This document shows positions 7,888 to 16,121 of a stretch of 56,197 bases of DNA, piece after piece. Where the stretch lies: positions 1 to 56,197 of the IMG/VR virus record IMGVR_UViG_3300041809_000302. One strand, 5' to 3'. Numbering within the stretch: the first letter of the stretch is position 1; every line of letters begins with the position of its first letter. Under the pieces are notes generated by a model. It saw only the letters and a program-made list of their open reading frames with translations, was not told the DNA's origin and did no database searches. Source of the stretch: a virus (Duplodnaviria; Caudoviricetes). The position numbers were made by a program, and so were the translations under genes.

Positions 7888-7995
7888 ATGTCCAAATCAA
7901 GGCACAAACGCCGTAAAGTAGTCCGTAAACGCAGGGAGCGGGAGCGCCAGAAGGAGCATCAGCAGCCACCGCCTCCGCCAAAGGAGAAGCCATGA
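7888..7995 (+). CDS. Small Arg/Lys-rich peptide (35 aa)
   Basis: AGGAGG SD; MSKSRHKRRKVVRKRRERERQKEHQQPPPPPKEKP. Confidence 0.5.
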   Translation: MSKSRHKRRKVVRKRRERERQKEHQQPPPPPKEKP

Positions 7996-8168
7996 GTCAA
8001 ATCGGAGCACCACAAAGAGTCATCATCGTTGATCCGGTGTTCGAGCCGGTGCCGGTCAGAGAGGAGCCGAATCGTGAGCCTGTTCCGCAAGAACCCGCCC
8101 AAGAACCAGACACTCACCCCGCAAGGACAAGCGGGTTCTGGCGCAATTACATCAGCATTTATCAATAA
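7992..8168 (+). CDS. Small Pro/Glu-rich peptide (58 aa)
   Basis: AAGGAG SD, ATGA coupling; MSQIGAPQRVIIVDPVFEPVPVREEP... Confidence 0.5.
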   Translation: MSQIGAPQRVIIVDPVFEPVPVREEPNREPVPQEPAQEPDTHPARTSGFWRNYISIYQ

Positions 8169-8646
8169 CTTGAATGCAGTTGCCGCAGCACATGCCATTG
8201 CCAATCTGAATGCAACTCAGGGCTACGCTCCGGATGATGATCTGGTACAGGAGATTGAGCTCGGTCCAGAGGAAATGTGTGTTCAGGCGATCGTAGGATG
8301 GCGCCGGTGGTCAGTAACCATGTTTGGGGACGAATTATTCTCGAATAACGGTACAAAATGGCCGCATTTTGAAAAACTTACAGCCAACTGCCAACTTCGT
8401 AATCAATGCCATGGTATCGCCTGCGGATGCGGTATCTACGCTTACAAAGATAGGGTGAGCGCTGCAACGCTGGACAACCGGCCGGAGAAAATCACCCATG
8501 TTTGGGGAGAAGTATCATTGTGGGGTATGGTTATTGAGCATAAGGATGGATATCGCGCTCAGTTCGCTTATCCCAAGTCGTTTGTATACACCGGTGGAAT
8601 TGCGCAACGGATGGCTAATCTCTATGGGGTAAAAGTGATTCCATGA
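8074..8646 (+). CDS. Conserved hypothetical protein
   Basis: GWRRW...CGCGIYAY...VWGEVSLWGMVIEHKDGYRAQFA; start uncertain (8029 TTG or 8074 GTG). Confidence 0.7.
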   Translation: MSLFRKNPPKNQTLTPQGQAGSGAITSAFINNLNAVAAAHAIANLNATQGYAPDDDLVQEIELGPEEMCVQAIVGWRRWSVTMFGDELFSNNGTKWPHFEKLTANCQLRNQCHGIACGCGIYAYKDRVSAATLDNRPEKITHVWGEVSLWGMVIEHKDGYRAQFAYPKSFVYTGGIAQRMANLYGVKVIP

Positions 8647-10001
8647 TTGTATTTGCAACAACATGCAAAGGTAGAACTGAGCATGTCCAGCGCACCCTTC
8701 CCGCCAACCTGAAGAACAACCGACGGCCGGATTCAAAGTTCCTTTTGCTCAACTACAACTCCACCGACGGCCTCATGGATTACATTAACTCCTGTCACAA
8801 AGCTGATATAGACAGTGGCCGTCTCGTCGTCTACTCCCACCCTGCTCCGGGGCCTTTTCACGTAGCTCACGCCAAAAACATGGCTGCCCGCCTTGGGGTT
8901 CGGGAAGGCGCCGATCTTCTGGTTACCGTCGATGCCGACAATTTTACCGGAGAGAATTTTGATCAGTTCATCGTCGAGAAGTTCAAGGAACCGAATATCT
9001 TCTTGTGTCCCAACCACATGGAGATAAAAAGGACTCCCTTCGGCATGGATCGTCCTGCCCGCGGCTACGCCGGACGTTTAGCCGTCCGCTCCCAGGAGTT
9101 TATCAAAGCCGGAGGCTACAACGAGACTTACGACGTGTGGAGGGGAGAGGACATCGACTTCAACTTCCGCGCCATCCGTCTTGGCTACCACATGCGCTAC
9201 ATCGACAAACGGTTCCTTGAAACCATCCCGCACAGCTCTGCCGTTCGCTTCAAGGAGTACCCGCATGCCCGCCAGTACGAGTTCCCCGACGCTTGGAAGA
9301 TTCCTACCTGGGAGACGGATACAGTCGTAAACTACGGGCGATTTGGCCTGGGAGTGGCTACCCGGAACTTCGATACTACCCCGATCGATCTTACGCCAGT
9401 GCCCACCCGCATCTTTGGCATCGGCCTACATAAGACCGCCACTACCTCCCTGCACTCAGCCTTCCGTATCCTGGGCTACGACTCCCTGCACTGGGGACAA
9501 GGCGAGGCGCCGAAGATCTGGGAAGAAATGAACGTCTCAAACCGGTCTAAGACCTTAGAACGATGGTATGCCGCCTGCGACCTCCCCATTCCCTTGCTTT
9601 ACAAACAATTAGACAAGGCTTACCCCGGATCGAAGTTCATCCTTACCATCCGGGACGAAACAAAGTGGCTGAGAAGCGTCGAAAGGCTCTGGGATCCAAA
9701 GTACAACCCCACCCGCTGGCAATGGGACGTATGGCCGATCTCAAACAAGCTCCACTACGCTCTCTACGGTCGCAAGGACTTTGATTCTCTGACCATGCTC
9801 CAGCGCTACCGCCAGCATAACGCCGAAGTCCAGGAATACTTTAAGGACCGCCCGAACGACCTTTTGGTCCTGCATGTTGAAGAAGGTATCGGGTGGGAAA
9901 GCCTCTGCCCGTTCCTGGATATACCATTTCCTGTCTCTAACTTCCCCAAGGAAAACGTGACTGCAGAAGTGCCGCATCCATCAGGCTATGATTCGAACTG
10001 A
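8643..10001 (+). CDS. Glycosyltransferase (GT-A, GT7-like C-terminal motif) fused to a P-loop sulfotransferase-family domain
   Basis: AKNMA...VDAD...GGYNETYDVWRGEDIDF; then IFGIGLHKTATTSL..A..ILGY and YPGSKFILTIRD...WLRS. Confidence 0.85.
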   Translation: MIVFATTCKGRTEHVQRTLPANLKNNRRPDSKFLLLNYNSTDGLMDYINSCHKADIDSGRLVVYSHPAPGPFHVAHAKNMAARLGVREGADLLVTVDADNFTGENFDQFIVEKFKEPNIFLCPNHMEIKRTPFGMDRPARGYAGRLAVRSQEFIKAGGYNETYDVWRGEDIDFNFRAIRLGYHMRYIDKRFLETIPHSSAVRFKEYPHARQYEFPDAWKIPTWETDTVVNYGRFGLGVATRNFDTTPIDLTPVPTRIFGIGLHKTATTSLHSAFRILGYDSLHWGQGEAPKIWEEMNVSNRSKTLERWYAACDLPIPLLYKQLDKAYPGSKFILTIRDETKWLRSVERLWDPKYNPTRWQWDVWPISNKLHYALYGRKDFDSLTMLQRYRQHNAEVQEYFKDRPNDLLVLHVEEGIGWESLCPFLDIPFPVSNFPKENVTAEVPHPSGYDSN

Positions 10002-10617
10002 CCGAGCGCTCGCTATCGACGGCTACATGCACGCCGGGGAAATCGACTGGCTGGCCGAGCAAGCCTCTTGCCACAAGCGCATTGTCGAGATCGGATCATG
10101 GACTGGACGCTCTACCCGCGTTCTAGTCGACAACACTCCCGGAACCGTCAGAGCCGTAGACACCTGGCTCGGCTCCCCCGGCGACTTGGACGATGTGGTT
10201 GCCAAGAATGGCAGGTGGTGGGCATTTGACCAGTTCCGGCATAACCTCGATGATGCCTTTGAATGGAACGGCGGGAACTTATCCGTTACCTGCGCCGATT
10301 CTCTTAAGGCTGCCGCCGATTTTCTCTTATATCAGCCACCCTTCGACATGATTTTCATTGACGCCTGCCATGCTTATCCAGCGGTGTGCGAAGACATCAA
10401 GGCATGGTCAAAGCTGCTTGCTCCAGAAGGTCTGCTCTGCGGTCACGACTTTACCCCTCGCTGGTCCGGGGTCATGCAGGCAGTCAAAGAACTTGTCCCC
10501 GACTATTGCACCATGGAGAATTGGAACGCGGAGCGGACGATATGGTGGAAACCATCACCGACGCCGGCGCTGATCCTGGCACAGGAGCCGCCGCCGGGGA
10601 TGGAGGAGGGGGAATGA
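9988..10617 (+). CDS. Class I SAM-dependent methyltransferase (Methyltransf_24-like)
   Basis: IVEIGSWTGRST, VDTW, DMIFIDACHAY..V..D, LLCGHD. Confidence 0.9.
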   Translation: MIRTDRALAIDGYMHAGEIDWLAEQASCHKRIVEIGSWTGRSTRVLVDNTPGTVRAVDTWLGSPGDLDDVVAKNGRWWAFDQFRHNLDDAFEWNGGNLSVTCADSLKAAADFLLYQPPFDMIFIDACHAYPAVCEDIKAWSKLLAPEGLLCGHDFTPRWSGVMQAVKELVPDYCTMENWNAERTIWWKPSPTPALILAQEPPPGMEEGE

Positions 10618-10886
10618 TTACACAGTGGGGATGGGATAGCGACTACGAATGTGATGAGTACCCAGACATCAAGTTTTACTTCGACGGCACGAAGTTAATC
10701 GCTCGAAATCTCCATCCACGATTCTTTGTCTATTCTGAGGTAGACTGTCCAGACCTACTCAACAAGAACCTTCTGGAAGTTCACCTCTATAGGGCGGCGC
10801 TGAACATAATGCGCCACAAAGACCAGTGGATCAAAGAGTGTGAGGAACGGAACGGGCAACCACCTCCGGAGATGCCATCATCGTAG
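10614..10886 (+). CDS. Hypothetical protein
   Basis: GGAGG SD and ATGA coupling; MITQWGWDSD... Confidence 0.6.
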   Translation: MITQWGWDSDYECDEYPDIKFYFDGTKLIARNLHPRFFVYSEVDCPDLLNKNLLEVHLYRAALNIMRHKDQWIKECEERNGQPPPEMPSS

Positions 10887-11075
10887 AAATCCATCCCGGC
10901 AAATTCGTCCGCTTTCATATTCTATGTCTTGAATGCGGTAAGGAGTTGGCAGTCGTTCAGTCTGTACTGATGGCTTATCAGAGAACCGGAGAGTACTCAA
11001 AGCATGTCTGCGAGTGCGAGATCGAGTATTGTCATTATGAGGCAATCAAGGGAAGGAGATGCGGACTGCACATCA

Positions 11076-12518
11076 ATGAATGATTTGATCGTCATCTTAT
11101 GCTGCACTTCCCAGCAGGGCACGATGAAGACCTATCTCCGTCAACTGAATGATGCCGGCATCGAAACCCACGTTGAGCCCATCCATGACTTCGAAGCCGC
11201 CAACACTCTCGGTGGCCAAGTCAGAGGCCAGAGGGAACTAGCCAAGAGATTCTTCCGCTACCAGAACATCATCTTCACCGATGCTTTCGACGTTGCCTTT
11301 CACGGCACAAAGCAGGACGTACTCTCTAAGATCCCGGAGAATCACGTCCTGCAGGCAGCGGAGCGTAATTGCTGGCCTGACCCGAAGTTAGAAGACGGAA
11401 TGCAAGGCGATACTCCATGGAAGTTTGTAAACGGTGGAATGCTGGCAGGAAAGCCTCACATCATCCTGCGCTGGCTCGACAACATCGAAAAACACAAGTT
11501 CTACAATCACAAGCTATGCAATCAGGGGTTCTTCAACTTCCTGCGATACAACCGCGATCCCTTGATCCACATCGACGAAACGACAGAGTTGTTCTACTGC
11601 TTGTTCAAAGAAAATCGGGAACTGCAATTCGAGGATGGCTTGCCGATAAACACCGTCTGCAAAACCCGTCCCAACTTCATCCACGCCAACGGCCACTGGT
11701 CTACCCAGGCAACCGACCTGCGCCGCGCCAAGAGCATCAAAAATCCACCCCCTAAGGAACCAACAATGACTGACTCAAAAATGCTGTCCGCGGTCGGAAT
11801 AACCATCGGGCTACCCTTCTGCGGCCGTCCCATCACCCCTCACTGGGCCGTGTCTTTAGCCTGCATGAACTGGCCCTTGAACACCAAGCGCGTCATGCAC
11901 ACCACTCTCGGCCATGAAATCGGGGAAGCACGCTGCGCAACCGTCGAACTGGCAAAGAACCTCCATTCCAAGTACGTTTACTTCCAGGACGACGACGTGG
12001 TTACTCCCGCCTTCGCAGTCCGTTCCTTACTGTCAACTCTGGAGAATGCCGACATAAAAACCATGGTTGCCGCCGGGATTTATTGTTCGAAGACTTTACC
12101 AACCGAGCCAGTCGTATTCCGTGGAGAGGGACTCGGAGCGTTCTGGAAATGGAAGATGGGAGACATCTTCGAAGTGACAAGCATCGGCACGGGGTGCATG
12201 ATGATCAACATGGAAGTCTTCGAACATCTGGAAAAGCCGTACTTCAAGACGGTCGACGATGTCGTCAACGCCCAAGAATACACTCAGCAGAACGACGACA
12301 TGTACTTCTGCGGCAAGGTTCTCGGCGCTGGGTACAAAGTCCTGGCCGACGCTAATGTCCTTTGCACGCATTTCAACTGGGATCCGGAAACACAGGTATT
12401 TACTCCCTTCACTCTGCCGGATGATTCTTACCCCATGCGCCCGGTGTCAGACGATGAGCCGCGGGCTAAACGAGCGATGACGCAAGTTGTCTCGATCGAA
12501 ACAAGAAAGGAAGGATAG
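11076..12518 (+). CDS. Double glycosyltransferase: PLOD/LH3-like GT domain plus second GT-A domain
   Basis: FTDAFDV, AAERNCWPD, FVNGG..AG, IHANG; then FQDDDV, GTGCMMI...VF....PYF, DDMYFC. Confidence 0.8.
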   Translation: MNDLIVILCCTSQQGTMKTYLRQLNDAGIETHVEPIHDFEAANTLGGQVRGQRELAKRFFRYQNIIFTDAFDVAFHGTKQDVLSKIPENHVLQAAERNCWPDPKLEDGMQGDTPWKFVNGGMLAGKPHIILRWLDNIEKHKFYNHKLCNQGFFNFLRYNRDPLIHIDETTELFYCLFKENRELQFEDGLPINTVCKTRPNFIHANGHWSTQATDLRRAKSIKNPPPKEPTMTDSKMLSAVGITIGLPFCGRPITPHWAVSLACMNWPLNTKRVMHTTLGHEIGEARCATVELAKNLHSKYVYFQDDDVVTPAFAVRSLLSTLENADIKTMVAAGIYCSKTLPTEPVVFRGEGLGAFWKWKMGDIFEVTSIGTGCMMINMEVFEHLEKPYFKTVDDVVNAQEYTQQNDDMYFCGKVLGAGYKVLADANVLCTHFNWDPETQVFTPFTLPDDSYPMRPVSDDEPRAKRAMTQVVSIETRKEG

Positions 12519-12519
12519 T

Positions 12520-13053
12520 ATGCCGATGGTCTGGACTCCGGAACTGAAAGCTAAGGCAGCGGCTACCCGCGCCGAAACAAAACGCAAGAAGGAAGAACGT
12601 TTAGCTAAGAAAGAAGCCAACAATGGGAACTCACATGTTGCAACTGTGCCTGATCCTGTTTCTACTGGGAGCGTGGTTCGGGTCGAAGAGAATCCAGTCC
12701 CGGTCAGTGCGTTTAATTGGGAAACTGCTTCCCTTCAGGAAATCATCGAACGGCAAGCCTCGATGAAAAACGAGTATGACCGTATCTCGGAAATTGTTTT
12801 GCGACGTGCCAACCCTCCGGGAACCACATGGGTTTGTTGGACGGAGGAGCAGAGACGCCTCAAGAACGGAATCGAGATTCCGAAAGCGGTAGCAACCAAC
12901 TGTGCCCGTACCGGAGCCGACGGCAAGTGGAAGTTCCGGGACGATGGACGCTTCGAAGTCATTAACGGAGTGAGAACACTGCGTCCGGCCTTCTGCTGCA
13001 ACTCGGCCTGCTTCAGCCTGTATCAAATGTACCGTGGTTTCCGAGCGAGATAG
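12520..13053 (+). CDS. Hypothetical protein upstream of terminase
   Basis: AAGGA SD; basic N-terminal helix, C-terminal Cys cluster. Confidence 0.7.
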   Translation: MPMVWTPELKAKAAATRAETKRKKEERLAKKEANNGNSHVATVPDPVSTGSVVRVEENPVPVSAFNWETASLQEIIERQASMKNEYDRISEIVLRRANPPGTTWVCWTEEQRRLKNGIEIPKAVATNCARTGADGKWKFRDDGRFEVINGVRTLRPAFCCNSACFSLYQMYRGFRAR

Positions 13054-13055
13054 AT

Positions 13056-13262
13056 ATGCTATATTCCCGATGTTCATGCGGTAGAAAATTCGAGGAAGAG
13101 ACTAGAGCGGAAGAAGTTGTTGCACTTTTGCTCCACACACAGAGAATTCATCCAGAGAGATTTTTTTGGCTGTTAAGGAAACTAGGAAATATGTATGGGG
13201 AAGATGGACTTCCAACCAGCAGTCATTTGGAAATGTTGTACGATATCCAAGAATCCGTTTGA
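13056..13262 (+). CDS. Small CxC...HxxxxH zinc-finger-like protein
   Basis: RCSCGRKF...HTQRIH. Confidence 0.55.
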   Translation: MLYSRCSCGRKFEEETRAEEVVALLLHTQRIHPERFFWLLRKLGNMYGEDGLPTSSHLEMLYDIQESV

Positions 13263-13310
13263 TGTTCAATGGTTGTGCGCTTGTTGCCATGGCAATGAGA
13301 GGAGGCGACA

Positions 13311-15071
13311 TTGAATTTGGATAGAGTTCGCATCTTGATGTCTCGACTTGAAATTAAACATAGGGACGAAGGCATCTCTGTTCCATTTGTGTTCAATCCC
13401 AATCAATTAAAAGCGCACAACATAGTCAAGGAGCATTATGCCAAATATGGATCGGTGAGGGTGGTAATTTTGAAAGCCAGAAGGGTAGGCATGAGCAGTT
13501 ATGTAGATGGTCTTGCCTTAGCTCATTGTTTAGCCCGACCGCAAGCCCACGCCTTGATCGTCGCTCACTTAAAAGACGTTGCCGACAAGGGATTATTTCG
13601 CGTGCCTCGTGATCTTGCCGTCTCCCTGAATGACCGGATGCCGGGAGCGTGCGATGTGAGAACCCGTAGTATCGTGTTCCCGCACACCAAGGGAAACTCC
13701 AATCTCGACATCGCCACTGCCGGAAGCGTAGGCGCCGGTCGCGGCCTGACCTTATCGTTCTTGCATCTCTCGGAAGCCGCCAGTTACCCCGGCCAGAAAT
13801 CATTCTTGGCCATTTTACCCAGCGTCTCAAAAGCCCCGGACACGGTAATCGCCCTTGAATCCACCGCGCAAGGCCGTACCGGAATCGGTGAAACCTTTTA
13901 CAATTACTGGAACGGCGCGAATACTTCCGGATCCAAATGGAACGGCTTTACTCCCATCTTCCTCTCCTGGCTGGATGATCCGACCTGCCACCGACCCGAG
14001 CATGAAGCGGAAGATGCTCCCGCCACCGAATTTGAACGGGAACTAATGGCAAAGCCCTACAACGCTTCACTCTCCCAAGTCGCATGGATGAGAATGGTCC
14101 TTGAAGGCGAATGCGAAGGCTCGGAACTAATGTTCGACCAAGAGTACCCAATTTCCCCCGAGCGTGCATTCATTGCTACCGGCGACCCGGCATTCACCGC
14201 CGGCGAAATTCGCTATGCCATGCAGACCAAGGAGAAACCCCTTAAGCGCGGGAACTTCGAGCGTTCCGGAAAGGGAGCGCAGTTTGTTCTTAACCCTCGC
14301 GGAAAGTGCCTGCTCTACGAGGAAGTGAAAGCGAACTGCACTTACTACGTAGGCGTAGACTGCGCCCGCGGCATCGAGATCGATTCCGGTAAAGCTACCG
14401 GTGACTTCGCTTCTTACATGGTGTTGAACGGCACGACCGGAGATATGGCCATGCAGTTCTCCGACTGGGTAAACCCGGTTGAGATGGCAAAGCAGATTGA
14501 TGCCGCCGGCCGTTACTACAACCAGGCCATGATGAATATAGAGTTGACCGGAAACCTGGGTCTGTGGTGCCAGCAGGTTTTGCGCGACGAGTATCAATAC
14601 CCCAACTGGTACATGTGGAAAGGCAAGGACGATAAAATCTGGGGCAAGCGCAAGCCGCAAGCGATGGGCTGGGAAACAACTTCTCGCACCAGAGACTTGC
14701 TGCTCTCAACTTTCCGAGCGAAGTTGCATGACGGAATGAAGAACATTCCCGGTGGCCTTCGGGTAAAGGATGAAGAATTCTGCCGCCAGATGGACCTGAT
14801 GACCATGGCCACGGGAATGCGCTGGGAGATGCAGCACGGTCACGACGACGTGTTCGTAGCCGGATGCCTTGCGGTAATCGCTTGCTCGCAGTATCCTCCA
14901 GCCAACATTCTGCACTTCAAGGCAAGTACATTAGACAAGGACAAATCCGGTCATCCCGCCATTAATAAGCTGAAACCCCAACAGGACTTGGCGCACGCTC
15001 TCTGGATGGATCAGCGCATGATCTTGAAACCACAAAAGAAATTCTGCCGCAGTGTTATGTTGCCTTTATGA
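13311..15071 (+). CDS. terL: Terminase large subunit
   Basis: Walker A LKARRVGMS, Walker B LHLSE, ESTAQG coupling motif, QEYP..AF, nuclease GVD and HDD; GGAGG SD. Confidence 0.95.
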   Translation: MNLDRVRILMSRLEIKHRDEGISVPFVFNPNQLKAHNIVKEHYAKYGSVRVVILKARRVGMSSYVDGLALAHCLARPQAHALIVAHLKDVADKGLFRVPRDLAVSLNDRMPGACDVRTRSIVFPHTKGNSNLDIATAGSVGAGRGLTLSFLHLSEAASYPGQKSFLAILPSVSKAPDTVIALESTAQGRTGIGETFYNYWNGANTSGSKWNGFTPIFLSWLDDPTCHRPEHEAEDAPATEFERELMAKPYNASLSQVAWMRMVLEGECEGSELMFDQEYPISPERAFIATGDPAFTAGEIRYAMQTKEKPLKRGNFERSGKGAQFVLNPRGKCLLYEEVKANCTYYVGVDCARGIEIDSGKATGDFASYMVLNGTTGDMAMQFSDWVNPVEMAKQIDAAGRYYNQAMMNIELTGNLGLWCQQVLRDEYQYPNWYMWKGKDDKIWGKRKPQAMGWETTSRTRDLLLSTFRAKLHDGMKNIPGGLRVKDEEFCRQMDLMTMATGMRWEMQHGHDDVFVAGCLAVIACSQYPPANILHFKASTLDKDKSGHPAINKLKPQQDLAHALWMDQRMILKPQKKFCRSVMLPL

Positions 15072-15436
15072 GTAAACCACAAAGAAATACGATTCCACAT
15101 TCCACCCTGAAAAGTACATCGATTCGTGGTCGCCCAGACAAAGTAAAAATTGGCCCATACATGTACACGATAAGATGGATCACTGGGAAAGAAATGCATG
15201 AATTCGGCCACCATGACAATCATTTGCTTATCATGGATATTCGTGAAGATGTAGCGCCGGGACAACTGAGAGTATCATTGCTACATGAAATCATGCACGC
15301 CATCTGCGCTTTGGTGTACGCTTCCGATGAAGACGTGGATGTCTCGGAGGAAGTCTGGATTTCCAGATGCTCCCCAAATCTCTTTGCTGTACTCCAAGAC
15401 AACCCTATGGTTCGAAGATTTCTGTTTGGAAAGTGA
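15068..15436 (+). CDS. HExxH metallopeptidase-like phage protein
   Basis: LLHEIMHAI...EE motif. Confidence 0.75.
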   Translation: MSKPQRNTIPHSTLKSTSIRGRPDKVKIGPYMYTIRWITGKEMHEFGHHDNHLLIMDIREDVAPGQLRVSLLHEIMHAICALVYASDEDVDVSEEVWISRCSPNLFAVLQDNPMVRRFLFGK

Positions 15437-15441
15437 TACTT

Positions 15442-15888
15442 ATGCCCCCTACTGACACCACCCCACAATCAGTCAACCGCTACTTCAAGCGCCTGCTTGC
15501 CGCACTCACCTTACTGGCTGGAGGGGAACTTCATATCCCCCTGAAAGCGCTTCGACAAGTGGAAGCAGAGGATCATCCGCAAGCGTTATTTGAGGACACC
15601 GATGGGGAATCGGACGAACTCGTGATAAGATTTGGGTCAAGAAACTCCGCGATCTATACGGTGGAGCCTGAACCATGCCTCGATTCAGCGAAACCCCGGT
15701 CAGCGAGCTCGCAAACAATCCCATCACCCGACCCCTCACAGCCACTGAGGGGTCGCCCTCCTCTCACAGTCGAACAACTGAACCAGATGGAGAGAATCAT
15801 CCGGCAAAAGAAAGCGGTGGCGAATCTAAGGCGTTCAGCCGAGCAGAAGAACTCATCCGATCAATCGGAACCGAATTTTCCCGTCTGA
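15442..15888 (+). CDS. Hypothetical protein
   Basis: RLLAALTLLAGGELHIP; overlaps the next ORF by 214 nt. Confidence 0.65.
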   Translation: MPPTDTTPQSVNRYFKRLLAALTLLAGGELHIPLKALRQVEAEDHPQALFEDTDGESDELVIRFGSRNSAIYTVEPEPCLDSAKPRSASSQTIPSPDPSQPLRGRPPLTVEQLNQMERIIRQKKAVANLRRSAEQKNSSDQSEPNFPV

Positions 15889-16121
15889 GGAAAGAGAACC
15901 GGTCGGGAGCGTGGGCTGACTTGGAAGACAAGATTGCAAAATCCGGGGACGTGCTGATCGCAAGCGGCATGATTTCCTCGAAGGATTGGGTGGGAATGCT
16001 GATCGACATCGAACAGTTCCGTAAGGCAGAAGGCGGCACCGCCGAGTCTCCCGGCGATGCGATTGCAAAATGGCTCTCAGAAAAAGAGCCCAAGAAAGCT
16101 AAGAAGGCGAAGGTCCAATAA
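15675..16121 (+). CDS. Hypothetical protein (possible terminase small subunit-like)
   Basis: GGAG SD; helical, ends with TAATG overlap into the portal. Confidence 0.65.
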   Translation: MPRFSETPVSELANNPITRPLTATEGSPSSHSRTTEPDGENHPAKESGGESKAFSRAEELIRSIGTEFSRLRKENRSGAWADLEDKIAKSGDVLIASGMISSKDWVGMLIDIEQFRKAEGGTAESPGDAIAKWLSEKEPKKAKKAKVQ

